From positions 14,796 to 78,795 of the forward strand of contig CAYFGE010000004.1 in assembly GCA_964342475.1 (NCBI GenBank): DNA of 64,000 nucleotides, given 5' to 3'. The translations under genes were made by a program, and so were the position numbers. This DNA is from an uncultured Planctomycetales bacterium (GTDB lineage Bacteria; Planctomycetota; UBA1135). The notes under the pieces are model-generated. The model did not search any database. It was not told the DNA's origin and saw only the letters and a list, made by a program, of their open reading frames with translations. Positions 19,881-29,078 of the stretch are shown piece after piece. Numbering within the stretch: the stretch's first letter is position 1; every line of letters begins with the position of its first letter.

Positions 19881-21136
19881 GCGGACCTCCGCCGGCGGGG
19901 GTCGGCCCAGGCGTGGGCCAGGTCGGTCAGCCACTGCGCGCCGAGGTAGAGCAGGGCGAACAGGAAGGTGGTCGCGCGCAGCACCTGCTCGTCGTGGTCG
20001 AGCACCGCGGCGACCGTCCAGTCGCCGAGGCCGGGGATGCCGAAGAAGCGCTCGAGCAGCAGCGAGCCGAGCAGCAGGAAGGGCAGGGCGACGACGACCT
20101 GCGTGAGGACCGGGGGCAGCAGGTTGGGCAGCAGGTGGCGCCAGGCGGCGCGGCCGGGGCTGCAGCCCTTCGCGCGCGCCGTGCGCCAGTAGGCCGCGCG
20201 CTGCTCCTCGAGGGCCAGGGCGCGGTAGAGGCGCAGCTCGGGACCGAAGCCCACCACGACCCAGACGATCACCGGCAGCGCCAGCGAGGCTGCGTAGGGC
20301 GGCTCCCAGCCCTGGATGCGGAACCAACCGAGCTCGGCCGCGAGGCCGCGCTGCAGGACCAGAATCCAGACCAGGGAGCTGACCGACATCAGGCCGACGC
20401 TGAGCCAGCCGAGGCTGCGGTCCAGCCAGCCGCGCCGCACGACCGCGCCGAGGGCGGCGGCGAGGGCCAGCAGGGTCGTGGTGAGGAAGGCCGGCAGGGC
20501 CAGGGCGAGCGAGCGCGCGCCGCGCTCGCGCAGCTCCTCGGCCACCGGGCGGCCCTGCCGGGTGCGGCCGAAGTCCAGGCGCAGCAGCGCGCCGGTCTGG
20601 CGCAGGAAGTGCTCGCCCCGCGGGACGGCTTCGGCCCATCCGAGGGCGAGCGGCGCGCGCGTGTCGAGCACCGCGCGGCCGCGCCCGAGCGCCACGAGCA
20701 GGCCGTCCGCGCGCAGGGCGGGGTCGGGGGCCTCGACCTCCAGCGTGGAGCCCGCCGGCAGCGGCAGCGCCGCGAGCAGGGCGCCCACGCCGAGGCCGCT
20801 CGCCTCCACCGCCCCGAGTTCGGCGCCTTCGAAGCTGCGCAGCACGAGGCGGCCGTCCTCGGCGCTCAGCGCGAAGGAGGCCGGCTCCCCGCGCAGCCGG
20901 AGGACCGCCGCAGCCGGCCGGTAGTCGCGGATGCGCCCGAGGCGCTCGGCGGCGCGCGCCACCGCCTCGGCGTCGGCGTGCTTGCCGGCCGCGCGCAGTG
21001 CCGGGTCGCCGAGCAGGCCGCTGTCGAAGACCAGGAACAGCAGCAGGCTCACGCCGACCGCCAGCGAGAGCGCGCTCAGCAGCCGCCCGAGGGCCAGGCG
21101 GATCAGTCCGCCGGAGCGAGGACGAAGCGCTTGCAC
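19877..21136 (-). CDS. ABC transporter permease (DppB/OppB type) with an enlarged periplasmic loop
   Basis: GTG 21136; the alternative is CTG 21106, which forms a CTGA overlap with the SBP stop. Contains IRLALGRLLSALSL, LRLDFGRT and TARAKGCSPGRAAWRHLLPN. Confidence 0.82.
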   Translation of the reverse strand: MQALRPRSGGLIRLALGRLLSALSLAVGVSLLLFLVFDSGLLGDPALRAAGKHADAEAVARAAERLGRIRDYRPAAAVLRLRGEPASFALSAEDGRLVLRSFEGAELGAVEASGLGVGALLAALPLPAGSTLEVEAPDPALRADGLLVALGRGRAVLDTRAPLALGWAEAVPRGEHFLRQTGALLRLDFGRTRQGRPVAEELRERGARSLALALPAFLTTTLLALAAALGAVVRRGWLDRSLGWLSVGLMSVSSLVWILVLQRGLAAELGWFRIQGWEPPYAASLALPVIVWVVVGFGPELRLYRALALEEQRAAYWRTARAKGCSPGRAAWRHLLPNLLPPVLTQVVVALPFLLLGSLLLERFFGIPGLGDWTVAAVLDHDEQVLRATTFLFALLYLGAQWLTDLAHAWADPRRRRSA

Positions 21137-22845
21137 GGGAAGAGGTCGAAGGGGTTGACCTCGACGTTCTGCAGCCAGGGCTGCAGCAGCAGGTAGCCGC
21201 GGCGGTGGTCCACCGGGACCACCGGGAGCTCCGCGTCGAGCAGTCCGACGACCTGCGCGGCGAGGGCGTCGCGCTCGGCCGAGGGGGCCAGCGCGGCGAA
21301 GCGGTCGAGCAGGGCGTCGAGTTCGGCCGAGCGCAGGTTGGCGCGGTTCACCCCGCCGCCGGCGTTGGCGCCGTGGAAGATCTGCAGCAGGTTGGCCGCG
21401 TCCGGCCAGTCGAGCGCCCACGACCAGACGTGGAGCTGCAGCTGGCCCTGCTGCGCCCGCTGCGAGTACTCGGCGGCGGACCAGGCCTGCACGCGGCAGG
21501 GGAGGCCGGCCTCCGCCAGGCCCGCAGCGAGCAGGTCGGCGAGGTCGGCGACGGCCTGGTTGCCGGCGACGACGGACAGCTCGAGCTCGGGCAGCGGCTG
21601 CTCCACGCCCCAACCGGCCTCGGCCAGCAGGCGGCGCGCCTCGGCCGGGTCGGCGCGGCGCCAGGCCGACTCGGGCAGGCCGGCGGTCTCGCGCAGGCCC
21701 GGCGGCAGCCAGCGGCGCGCCGGCTCGGCCCACACGCCGTTGCGGATCACGCGGTGCCAGCGCTCGTAGGGGAAGCTGAGCGCGATCGCGCGCCGCAGGG
21801 CCAGGCGGCGCGCGTTGCCGGCCTCGTCGCCCGGCCGCACGCCGAGCACCGGGTCGTCGAGGTTGAGCACGAGCATGCTCAGGTCCGGCGTGTCGGTGAC
21901 CAGCAGGCGGACCCCGCGCGCGCGCAGGGCGGGCGAGGGCGCGTCGTCGACGACCAGGTTGGCGAAGCTGTCCTGGCCCGGGGACAGGCGGTCGATCTCG
22001 CCGTTCTCGAACAGCAGCGTGCGCGTCGCGCCCTCGGGCACCGACTCGAAGACCAGTTCGCGGACGTGCGGCTGGGGCCCGAACTCGTCGACGTCGCCGC
22101 GCCAGCCGGGCGTGGCGGTGAAGCGCGCGCGGGTCGGCGGCTTCCACTCGGCCAGCACGTAGGGCCCGCTGCCGACCGGGTGGTCGGTCAGGCCGCGCTC
22201 GGGATGCCGGAAGGCCTCGGGCGGAGTGACCACCAGGTAGGCCGAGGCGAGCCGCGCGAGCAGGTCGGGCGCGGGGCGCGCGAGGCGCAGGACGACGACC
22301 GCGTCGCCCTCGGCGCGCAGGCCGGGCAGGCCGCCGGCCCGGGCTTCCTCCCAGGCGGCGTCGGCCTCTTCCGCGCTCCCGCCGCAGCGGAGGCGGAAGC
22401 CGTCCAGCCCGGCGAGCAGGCCTTCGAGCACGAAGGCGTTGCCGCCGTCGGTGCGCGGGTCCGCCAGGCGCAGGAAGGAGTCGACCACGTCCGCCGCCGT
22501 CACCGGTCGCGTGCCGCCGGGCCACAGCGGCTCGGGGTGGGGGTCGTGGAAGCGGGCGTCGGGGCGCAGACGGAAGCGCCACTCGAGGCCGTCGTCCGAG
22601 ACCTCCCAGTCGGACGCCAGCAGGCCCTGGAAGGCCTCGCGCGAGCCGGGCCGGTACTCGACCAGCCCCTCGTAGACCTGACGCTGCAGCACCTGGCTGG
22701 CCGTGCTCCAGGCCTCGCGAGGGTCGAAGTCGCCGAGGGCCTGGCCGAGGGCGAAGCGCAGGCGGTCGGTGGGCGGGGCGGGGCCGGCTTCGCGGCCGCA
22801 GGCGGCCAGCAGGAGGGCCGCGGCCAGGACCGCCCGCGTCCTCAT
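21103..22845 (-). CDS. ABC transporter substrate-binding lipoprotein, family 5 (peptide/nickel type)
   Basis: ATG 22845. Lipobox MRTRAVLAAALLLAAC|G. Contains VYEGLVEY and GSGPYVLAEW. Confidence 0.85.
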   Translation of the reverse strand: MRTRAVLAAALLLAACGREAGPAPPTDRLRFALGQALGDFDPREAWSTASQVLQRQVYEGLVEYRPGSREAFQGLLASDWEVSDDGLEWRFRLRPDARFHDPHPEPLWPGGTRPVTAADVVDSFLRLADPRTDGGNAFVLEGLLAGLDGFRLRCGGSAEEADAAWEEARAGGLPGLRAEGDAVVVLRLARPAPDLLARLASAYLVVTPPEAFRHPERGLTDHPVGSGPYVLAEWKPPTRARFTATPGWRGDVDEFGPQPHVRELVFESVPEGATRTLLFENGEIDRLSPGQDSFANLVVDDAPSPALRARGVRLLVTDTPDLSMLVLNLDDPVLGVRPGDEAGNARRLALRRAIALSFPYERWHRVIRNGVWAEPARRWLPPGLRETAGLPESAWRRADPAEARRLLAEAGWGVEQPLPELELSVVAGNQAVADLADLLAAGLAEAGLPCRVQAWSAAEYSQRAQQGQLQLHVWSWALDWPDAANLLQIFHGANAGGGVNRANLRSAELDALLDRFAALAPSAERDALAAQVVGLLDAELPVVPVDHRRGYLLLQPWLQNVEVNPFDLFPCKRFVLAPAD

Positions 22846-24038
22846 GCGAACTCGACCGGCTCGGCGAGGACGCCGAGGTGCCGGTCGCCGATGCGGGCGG
22901 CGAGCAGGGTGAGGTGGCGGTCGCCGAGCCGCTTGGGCAGCAGGCGCTGCTCGAGGGTCTGCGGCCGCTCGGCGATCCCGCGCTTGCGGATCTGCAGGCT
23001 GCCGACCTCGTGCTCGCGCAGCACCTTGCGCATCTTGCGCGGGTCGAGGGTCTCGACCGCGAGCACGCGGAAGGCGTCGAGGAAGGGCGTCTCGACCGCC
23101 TCCTCGCCGCTCAGGTAGGCGATCTCGGGGTCGAGCACGTGCAGGCCGTGCTCGGCGGCGAAGGCGCCCAGCAGTCCGGCGTGGACCAGCGCAGGATCGG
23201 GGTCGAAGACGAAGGCGCCGATCTCGCCGGCCGCGGCCTGGGCCTGCGCGGCGCCGGCGTAGCTCTCGTCGGCGGGCAGGGCGGTGGCGCGCCGCTCGAC
23301 CCCGCTGGCGAGGCAGCCGTACCAGAACACCGTCTCCTTGGCCTCGCCCTTGAGCGAGATCACCTCGATCTCGTCCGGCTGCGGGTAGATCTCGCACAGC
23401 TTGTCGAGGTCGACCGCCGGCGAGAGCTTCACCCCGGCGCCGGGGCGGCCCTCGAGCAGCCGCGCGACCATGGCCGGGGCGGGGGACCAGTCCTCGGGGC
23501 TCATGATCCGGCGGCTGCCGCGGCGGCGCGAGGGGTCGAGGAAGAGCGTGCCGGGGCCGATCTCCTCCGGCGCCTCGGCGCAGTCCAGCTCGCGGAAGTC
23601 GGCGCCCTCGACGCCGTACACCGCGGCGTTCTCGGCGGCGAAGTGGGCGGCGCTGGGGTCCTTGTCCGAGGCGTGGACGCGGATGCCGCGCGAGGCGAGC
23701 GCGATCGTGTCGGAGCCGATGCCGCAGCAGGGGTCCCACACCTCTTCCACCCCGGCGCGCACGAAGCGCTCGGCCCGGTGGGCGGCCACCGCCTCGGAGG
23801 AGCTCTGCTGGAGCTGCTCCTTGGTGAAGAACATGTCCAGCCCGTGGCGGAACTTGGTGGTCGCGCGGCGGCGCAGGGCGCGCAGCTCGGCCAGCGCCTC
23901 GGCGATCTTCTTCGGGAACAGGCCGCGGAAGGACTCGGAGATCGCCAGCGGATCGTCGCCCAGGTTGCGGAAGAGCAGCAGCGTGTCCTTCGCTTCGTCC
24001 GAGGTCAGGGCCTGGGCGGTCTTCAGGTCGATCTTCAT
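22842..24038 (-). CDS. class I SAM-dependent methyltransferase with a THUMP-like C-terminal region
   Basis: ATG 24038 (MKIDLKTAQ). SAM motif VWDPCCGIGSDTIALA. The stop overlaps the SBP ATG (ATGA). Confidence 0.75.
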   Translation of the reverse strand: MKIDLKTAQALTSDEAKDTLLLFRNLGDDPLAISESFRGLFPKKIAEALAELRALRRRATTKFRHGLDMFFTKEQLQQSSSEAVAAHRAERFVRAGVEEVWDPCCGIGSDTIALASRGIRVHASDKDPSAAHFAAENAAVYGVEGADFRELDCAEAPEEIGPGTLFLDPSRRRGSRRIMSPEDWSPAPAMVARLLEGRPGAGVKLSPAVDLDKLCEIYPQPDEIEVISLKGEAKETVFWYGCLASGVERRATALPADESYAGAAQAQAAAGEIGAFVFDPDPALVHAGLLGAFAAEHGLHVLDPEIAYLSGEEAVETPFLDAFRVLAVETLDPRKMRKVLREHEVGSLQIRKRGIAERPQTLEQRLLPKRLGDRHLTLLAARIGDRHLGVLAEPVEFA

Positions 24039-24066
24039 GGGGGGGAGAGAACCCGGCGGGGATCCC

Positions 24067-24073
24067 AGGATAG
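24067..24073. promoter_or_regulatory. AGGATAG element in the divergent MTase/pepP spacer (TATCCT on the minus strand, GATAGT on the plus strand)
   Basis: This is the only AT-containing hexamer with T-A...T geometry in the spacer. The same AGGATAG core occurs at 46797. Confidence 0.3.
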
Positions 24074-24142
24074 TCGCGCGTGAGGGCCTCGTATCGCCTT
24101 CCGGCACGAGGGCGCGTTGACCGCGCCCTCCGCGCTCCGAGA

Positions 24143-25522
24143 ATGGGGAATCCGCGGCCCGTCCGCAACCCCACCGCCATGCACGCGCAGCACCGCCGAG
24201 CCTTCCTCGACCGCATGGATCCCGGCGACGTCGCCCTGTTCCCCGGAGCCGGACACGTCACCCGCAACCACGACGTCGAGTACCCCTTCCGCCAGCAGTC
24301 GGACTACCTCTACCTCACCGGCCACCGCGAGGCCGAGGGCCTGCTGCTGCTGGCCAAGGAGGTCGAGGGCCTGCCGCCGGCGACGCTGTTCTGCCTGCCC
24401 CGCGACCCCGAGCGCGAGACGTGGACCGGCGTGCGCCTCGGCCCCGAGGGCGTGGTCGCCGAGCTGGGCCTCGACGCCGCGCACCCGGTCGAGGAGCTCG
24501 ACGAGCGGGTGACCGGCGCGATCCACGCCGCCGCGCGCCTCTGGTACCGCGTCGGCGAGCACGCCGCCACCGACGGCCTGGTCGGGCGCGTGCTTCGCGC
24601 CGCGCGCAACAAGTCGCGCCTGGGCATCCACCCGCCGGCGGCGCTGGTGGACCCGACGCCGGTGATCCACGACCTGCGCCTGCACAAGAGCGAGGCCGAG
24701 CTCGAGTGGATGCGGCGCTCCGCTGCCGTGACCGCCGAGGCCCACCTGCTGGCGATGGCCCAGGCCGCTCCGGGCATGGGCGAGTGGGAGCTCGAGGCCC
24801 TGGTCGACTACACCTTCCGGCGCCACGGCGGCGACGGCTGGGCCTACCCCTCGATCGTGGCCGGCGGGGCGCACGCCTGCATCCTGCACTACACCACGAA
24901 CGACGACCGGCTGCGCGACGGCGACCTGGTCCTGATCGACGCCGGCGCCGAGTTCTCCGGCTACGCCGCCGACATCACCCGCACCTTCCCGGTCAACGGC
25001 CACTTCAGCCCGGCGCAGCGGCGGGTCTACGAGGTGGTGCTCGCCGCGGAGAAGGCGGCGATCGGGAAATGTGCGCCGGACCAGCCGTGGGAAGGCGTAC
25101 ACCAGGAGGCCGTGCGCGTGCTCTCCGAGGGCCTGCGCGAGCTCGGCGTGCTCGACCAGCCGGTCGAGCAGATCATCGCCGAGGAGCTCTACAAGCCCTG
25201 GTACATGCACAACACCTCCCACTGGCTCGGCCTCGACGTCCACGACGCCGGCGCCTACACCCTCGGCAAGGGCCCGCGGCCGCTGGCGGCCGGCATGTGC
25301 CTGACCGTCGAGCCCGGCCTCTACTTCCCGGCCGGCGACGAGCGGGTTCCCGAGGAGCTGCGCGGCATCGGCATCCGCATCGAGGACGACGTGCTGATCA
25401 CCCCCGGCGGCCACGAGGTGCTCACCTCGGCCACGCCGAAGGAGGTCGAGGACGTCGAGGCCGCCTGCGCGGCCGCACGCGTCATGCCGCCGACCCTGGA
25501 CACGGAGATGGTGGGATCGTGA
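24143..25522 (+). CDS. pepP: Xaa-Pro aminopeptidase (M24B)
   Basis: Motifs: EYPFRQQSDYLYLTG, LIDAGAEFSGYAADITRTF, HNTSHWLGLDVHD, GIRIEDD. The start is ATG 24143 or ATG 24179. Confidence 0.9.
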   Translation: MGNPRPVRNPTAMHAQHRRAFLDRMDPGDVALFPGAGHVTRNHDVEYPFRQQSDYLYLTGHREAEGLLLLAKEVEGLPPATLFCLPRDPERETWTGVRLGPEGVVAELGLDAAHPVEELDERVTGAIHAAARLWYRVGEHAATDGLVGRVLRAARNKSRLGIHPPAALVDPTPVIHDLRLHKSEAELEWMRRSAAVTAEAHLLAMAQAAPGMGEWELEALVDYTFRRHGGDGWAYPSIVAGGAHACILHYTTNDDRLRDGDLVLIDAGAEFSGYAADITRTFPVNGHFSPAQRRVYEVVLAAEKAAIGKCAPDQPWEGVHQEAVRVLSEGLRELGVLDQPVEQIIAEELYKPWYMHNTSHWLGLDVHDAGAYTLGKGPRPLAAGMCLTVEPGLYFPAGDERVPEELRGIGIRIEDDVLITPGGHEVLTSATPKEVEDVEAACAAARVMPPTLDTEMVGS

Positions 25523-26454
25523 GCGAGATCGCCCTGGAACTGGAACACGTCACGAAGCGCTACGGCGACTTCACCGCGGTCGACGACGTCAGCCTGAGCG
25601 TGCCGAAGGGCTCGATCTACGGCTTCCTCGGCCCCAACGGCGCCGGCAAGACGACGACCATCCGCATGGTCCTCGACATCATCCGGCCGACCAGCGGCCG
25701 GCTGGCCATCCTCGGCCGGCCCAGCGCCCTCGAGGTGCGCGACCGCATCGGCTACCTGCCGGAGGAGAAGGGCCTCTACAAGAAGATGAAGGCCGTGGCC
25801 ACGGTGGCCTACTTCGCCTCCCTCAAGGGCGTGCCGCGCAAGCAGGCCAAGGCCCGCGCCTACGAGCTGCTCGAGCGCTACGGCCTGAAGGACTTCGCCG
25901 AGGCGCGCACCGAGGCCCTTTCGAAGGGCATGCAGCAGAAGGTGCAGGTGCTGGCCTCGATCGCCCACGACCCCGACTTCGTGGTGCTGGACGAGCCCTT
26001 CAGCGGGCTCGACCCGGTCAACCAGGAAGTCATGGAGGACGTCATCCGCGACATGAGCGCGGCCGGCGCCACCATCGTCTTCTCGACCCACGTGATGTCG
26101 CACGCCGAGCGCATCTGCGACCGCATCCTGCTGATCGCCAAGGGCAGCAAGATCTTCGACGGCACGATCGCCGAGGCCAAGGCGGTGATGCCGCGGCGGG
26201 TGCTGGTCGAGGGACCGTCCGAGCTGGCCCGCCTGGGCGAGCTGCCGGCCGTCTCCGCGGCGCGGCAGCCGGACCCGGAGCAGCCCGAGCTGTGGGAGTT
26301 CCAGCTGCGCGAGGGCGCCGACCCGCAGCAGCTGCTCGAGGCCTGCTTCGAGGGCGGGCTGCGGTTGCGCCGCTTCGACCGGCGCGACCCCGACCTCCAC
26401 GAGGTCTTCGTCCACCTCGTCGGCCCCGAGGCCAAGGAGGCCGCCCTGCGATGA
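25519..26454 (+). CDS. ABC transporter ATP-binding protein (ABC-2/NatA-like)
   Basis: GTG 25519 overlaps the pepP stop (GTGA). Walker A GPNGAGKTT, signature LSKGMQQK, Walker B FVVLDEP. Confidence 0.92.
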   Translation: MSEIALELEHVTKRYGDFTAVDDVSLSVPKGSIYGFLGPNGAGKTTTIRMVLDIIRPTSGRLAILGRPSALEVRDRIGYLPEEKGLYKKMKAVATVAYFASLKGVPRKQAKARAYELLERYGLKDFAEARTEALSKGMQQKVQVLASIAHDPDFVVLDEPFSGLDPVNQEVMEDVIRDMSAAGATIVFSTHVMSHAERICDRILLIAKGSKIFDGTIAEAKAVMPRRVLVEGPSELARLGELPAVSAARQPDPEQPELWEFQLREGADPQQLLEACFEGGLRLRRFDRRDPDLHEVFVHLVGPEAKEAALR

Positions 26455-28046
26455 GATACGCCTTCCTGATCGCGCTGCGCGAGTACGCCGAGAACGTCAA
26501 GACCAAGGGCTTCTGGGTCGGCATCCTGCTGTTCCCGGTGATCCTGATGGCGATGCTCTACGTGCCGCGCTTCCTCGAGGAGCACGCCACCCCGACGCGC
26601 TACTTCGTCCTCGTCGACCAGTCGGGCGAGGCCGAGGCGGTGATCGACGAGGCCATCGAGCGGAGCTACCAGCGCCGGGTCTACGACGCCTGCCTGGTCT
26701 ACCTCGAGAAGAACCGCAGCGCGGAGATCGAGCAGATGGCCGCCGCTGCCGCCGGGGACGGCGCCGCCGAAGCCCTGGTGGGGGAGCTGGGCAAGGACCC
26801 GGCCGAGATCCAGCGCAAGATCGAGGAGCTCAAGGAGCTCGGCTTCCAGGCCTTCCAGGCCGCCGGCGGCCACGAGGTCTTCCTCGGCCAGGCCCAGATG
26901 GCCGGCGCCCTGAAGCCCGACCGCGAGCCCTTCGAGCTGCCGACGCGCAAGTTCATGCGCATCCCGGTGGCCGGCCAGGTCGACGCGGCGGCGCCCTTCG
27001 CCGAGCTCTCGGCGGAGATGAAGGCGCGCATGCTGCAGGAGGGCGGCGGCTTCCAGTTCGACGGCCGGCCGCAGGAGGTGTTCGCCGCGGTGCTCGTTCC
27101 GCCGGCGGTGTTCACCGACGAGGAGGCCAAGGTCGAGTTCTGGGCCAAGAACCTGGCCGACGACGACCTGCGCAACCTGGTCGAGCGCTCGCTCGGCGCC
27201 GAGCTGCGCGAGCGCGGCTTCGCCGGCGCCGGCGTCAGCCAGGAGGAGATCCTGCGCATCCAGGGCCTCTCGGTCGAGGTCCAGACCAAGGACCCGACCA
27301 AGCGCGAGGGCGAGGAGGAGGCCGGCACCAGCGACATCGTGCGCCAGTGGGCCCCGGCCGGCTTCGTCTACCTGCTGTGGATCGCGCTGATGTCGGTGGT
27401 GCAGATGCTGCTCAACAACACGGTCGAGGAGAAGTCGAACCGCATCGTCGAGGTGCTGCTCAGCTCGGTCACGCCGGGCGAGCTCATGGCCGGCAAGCTG
27501 TTCGGCATCGCCGCGGTCGGCACGACCATGCTGCTCGCCTGGGTGGGCACCCTGATCGCGGTGCTGACCTGGAAGGCCGGGCCGGAGATGGAGATCGCCC
27601 GCTACCTGCTCGAGGTCATCCAGGAGAGCGGCCTGATCTACCCCTTCCTGGGCTACTTCCTGGCCGCCTACCTGCTCTACGCCGGCATCTTCCTGGCCAT
27701 CGGCAGCGTGTGCAACACGATCAAGGAGGCGCAGAACTTCATGGGCCCGGTGATGATGATCATGATGGTGCCGCTGCTCACCATGATGTTCATCCCGAAG
27801 GAGCCGAACGGCACCCTGGCCACGGTGCTGTCCTGGATCCCGCTCTACACGCCCTTCGTGATGATGAACCGCTTCGCTTCGCCCGACCTGCCGACCTTCG
27901 ACCTGGTCGGGACCAGCGTCGTGCTGGCGGTCTCGGTGGTCGTCATGATCTGGCTGACGGGCAAGATCTTCCGCATCGCCATCCTGCGCACCGGCCAGCC
28001 GCCGAAGCTGTTCGAGATGGTGCGCTGGCTGCGCGCCAAGGACTGA
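26451..28046 (+). CDS. ABC-2 family permease with a large extracytoplasmic loop (NatB-like)
   Basis: ATG 26451 overlaps the preceding stop (ATGA). TM1 is followed by a ~300-aa soluble loop and then 5 TM helices (EEKSNRIVEVLLSSV). Confidence 0.85.
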   Translation: MRYAFLIALREYAENVKTKGFWVGILLFPVILMAMLYVPRFLEEHATPTRYFVLVDQSGEAEAVIDEAIERSYQRRVYDACLVYLEKNRSAEIEQMAAAAAGDGAAEALVGELGKDPAEIQRKIEELKELGFQAFQAAGGHEVFLGQAQMAGALKPDREPFELPTRKFMRIPVAGQVDAAAPFAELSAEMKARMLQEGGGFQFDGRPQEVFAAVLVPPAVFTDEEAKVEFWAKNLADDDLRNLVERSLGAELRERGFAGAGVSQEEILRIQGLSVEVQTKDPTKREGEEEAGTSDIVRQWAPAGFVYLLWIALMSVVQMLLNNTVEEKSNRIVEVLLSSVTPGELMAGKLFGIAAVGTTMLLAWVGTLIAVLTWKAGPEMEIARYLLEVIQESGLIYPFLGYFLAAYLLYAGIFLAIGSVCNTIKEAQNFMGPVMMIMMVPLLTMMFIPKEPNGTLATVLSWIPLYTPFVMMNRFASPDLPTFDLVGTSVVLAVSVVVMIWLTGKIFRIAILRTGQPPKLFEMVRWLRAKD

Positions 28047-28067
28047 CGCGGCGCGGTCGAAAGCACA

Positions 28068-28099
28068 GCGGCGGCCTCCCCGGTGGGGGAGGCCGCCGC
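28068..28099. terminator. bidirectional intrinsic terminator hairpin
   Basis: GCGGCGGCCTCCCC-ggtg-GGGGAGGCCGCCGC: a perfect 14-bp stem between the convergent stops at 28046 and 28117. Confidence 0.7.
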
Positions 28100-28116
28100 T
28101 CTCGTCTGCGGCCGGA

Positions 28117-28695
28117 TCAGAAGCTGATGCCGAGGCCGAGCCAGGCCGACCAGCCGTCGATCTCGAACTCGGTGGTGGAGCCGCCGCTCGAGAACTCGGG
28201 GTGCATCAGGGTCTTGTCATAGCGCAGGCCGGCCTCGACCAGCGCGCTCTGGGCGAGGAAGTAGGTCGCGCCGCCGCCCACGGCCAGGCCGGCGTAGCCG
28301 TCGCTGTCGCTGGTCCCCTTCAGGCTGAGGCCGTCGCCGTAGAAGAAGCCGCCCTGCAGGAAGGGCTGCAGCGGCTGGTCGGGCATCAGGTAGTACCGCC
28401 CGCCGAGGTGCAGCTCGTTGCCGTCCGCCTTGCCCGCCTGGCCCTTCACGTCGTACTCGCGGAAGTGCAGGCCGGCGTAGAACGAGGACTCGGGGCCGGT
28501 GAAGGTCTCGACACGCAGGCCGATGTCGCTGAGTTCGGTGTCGGCGTCGACGCCGGAGACCGAGGTGGTCGTGTCGTCGAACACCGCGCCGGTGATGGCC
28601 AGGGCGTAGCCGCCGCGCACGGCGGTGTCGTGGGTCGCGCAGGAGAGGCCGAGCAGGCCGAGGCCGAGGGCGGCCGGGAGGAGGAGAGTCTTCAT
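28117..28695 (-). CDS. small outer-membrane beta-barrel protein
   Basis: Signal peptide MKTLLLPAALGLGLLGLSCA, alternating beta-strand pattern, and a terminal ..GLGISF. It starts 5 nt after the DUF309 stop. Confidence 0.75.
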   Translation of the reverse strand: MKTLLLPAALGLGLLGLSCATHDTAVRGGYALAITGAVFDDTTTSVSGVDADTELSDIGLRVETFTGPESSFYAGLHFREYDVKGQAGKADGNELHLGGRYYLMPDQPLQPFLQGGFFYGDGLSLKGTSDSDGYAGLAVGGGATYFLAQSALVEAGLRYDKTLMHPEFSSGGSTTEFEIDGWSAWLGLGISF

Positions 28696-28700
28696 GGCAT

Positions 28701-29078
28701 TCAGGAAGCGGGGTTCAGCCGGGGCCGACCGGCGGCCGGCATCTGTGGAGACGGCAGCCTACGCTCGAAGGCCGCGTGCAAGGGAGCGAAAAAGGCGTCC
28801 AGGGCGGTGACGAACGACGCCAGGTCGAGGCCCGCGTGACGGGGCTGGAAGGGCTGCAGCAACTCGACGCCCTTGCGGTGGAGCTTGCGCGCGCCGTGCG
28901 CGTTGCCGTGCTCCCAGTGGTGCAGCGCGACGGCGACCTGGATCAGGCCCTTGTAGAGGGCGGCGCCGCGCCCGCCGTGGGCGGCCCAGTGCTCCTCCCA
29001 GACCTCGTGGGCCTCGAGGAAGGCGCCGCGGTCGAACAGGGCGGCGCCGCGCAGGAGCGCCGCCGGGGGCTCAGGCAC
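28701..29078 (-). CDS. DUF309 domain protein
   Basis: GTG 29078. LFDRGAFLEAHEVWEEHW..YKGLIQVAVALHH matches the DUF309 pattern. Confidence 0.75.
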   Translation of the reverse strand: MPEPPAALLRGAALFDRGAFLEAHEVWEEHWAAHGGRGAALYKGLIQVAVALHHWEHGNAHGARKLHRKGVELLQPFQPRHAGLDLASFVTALDAFFAPLHAAFERRLPSPQMPAAGRPRLNPAS

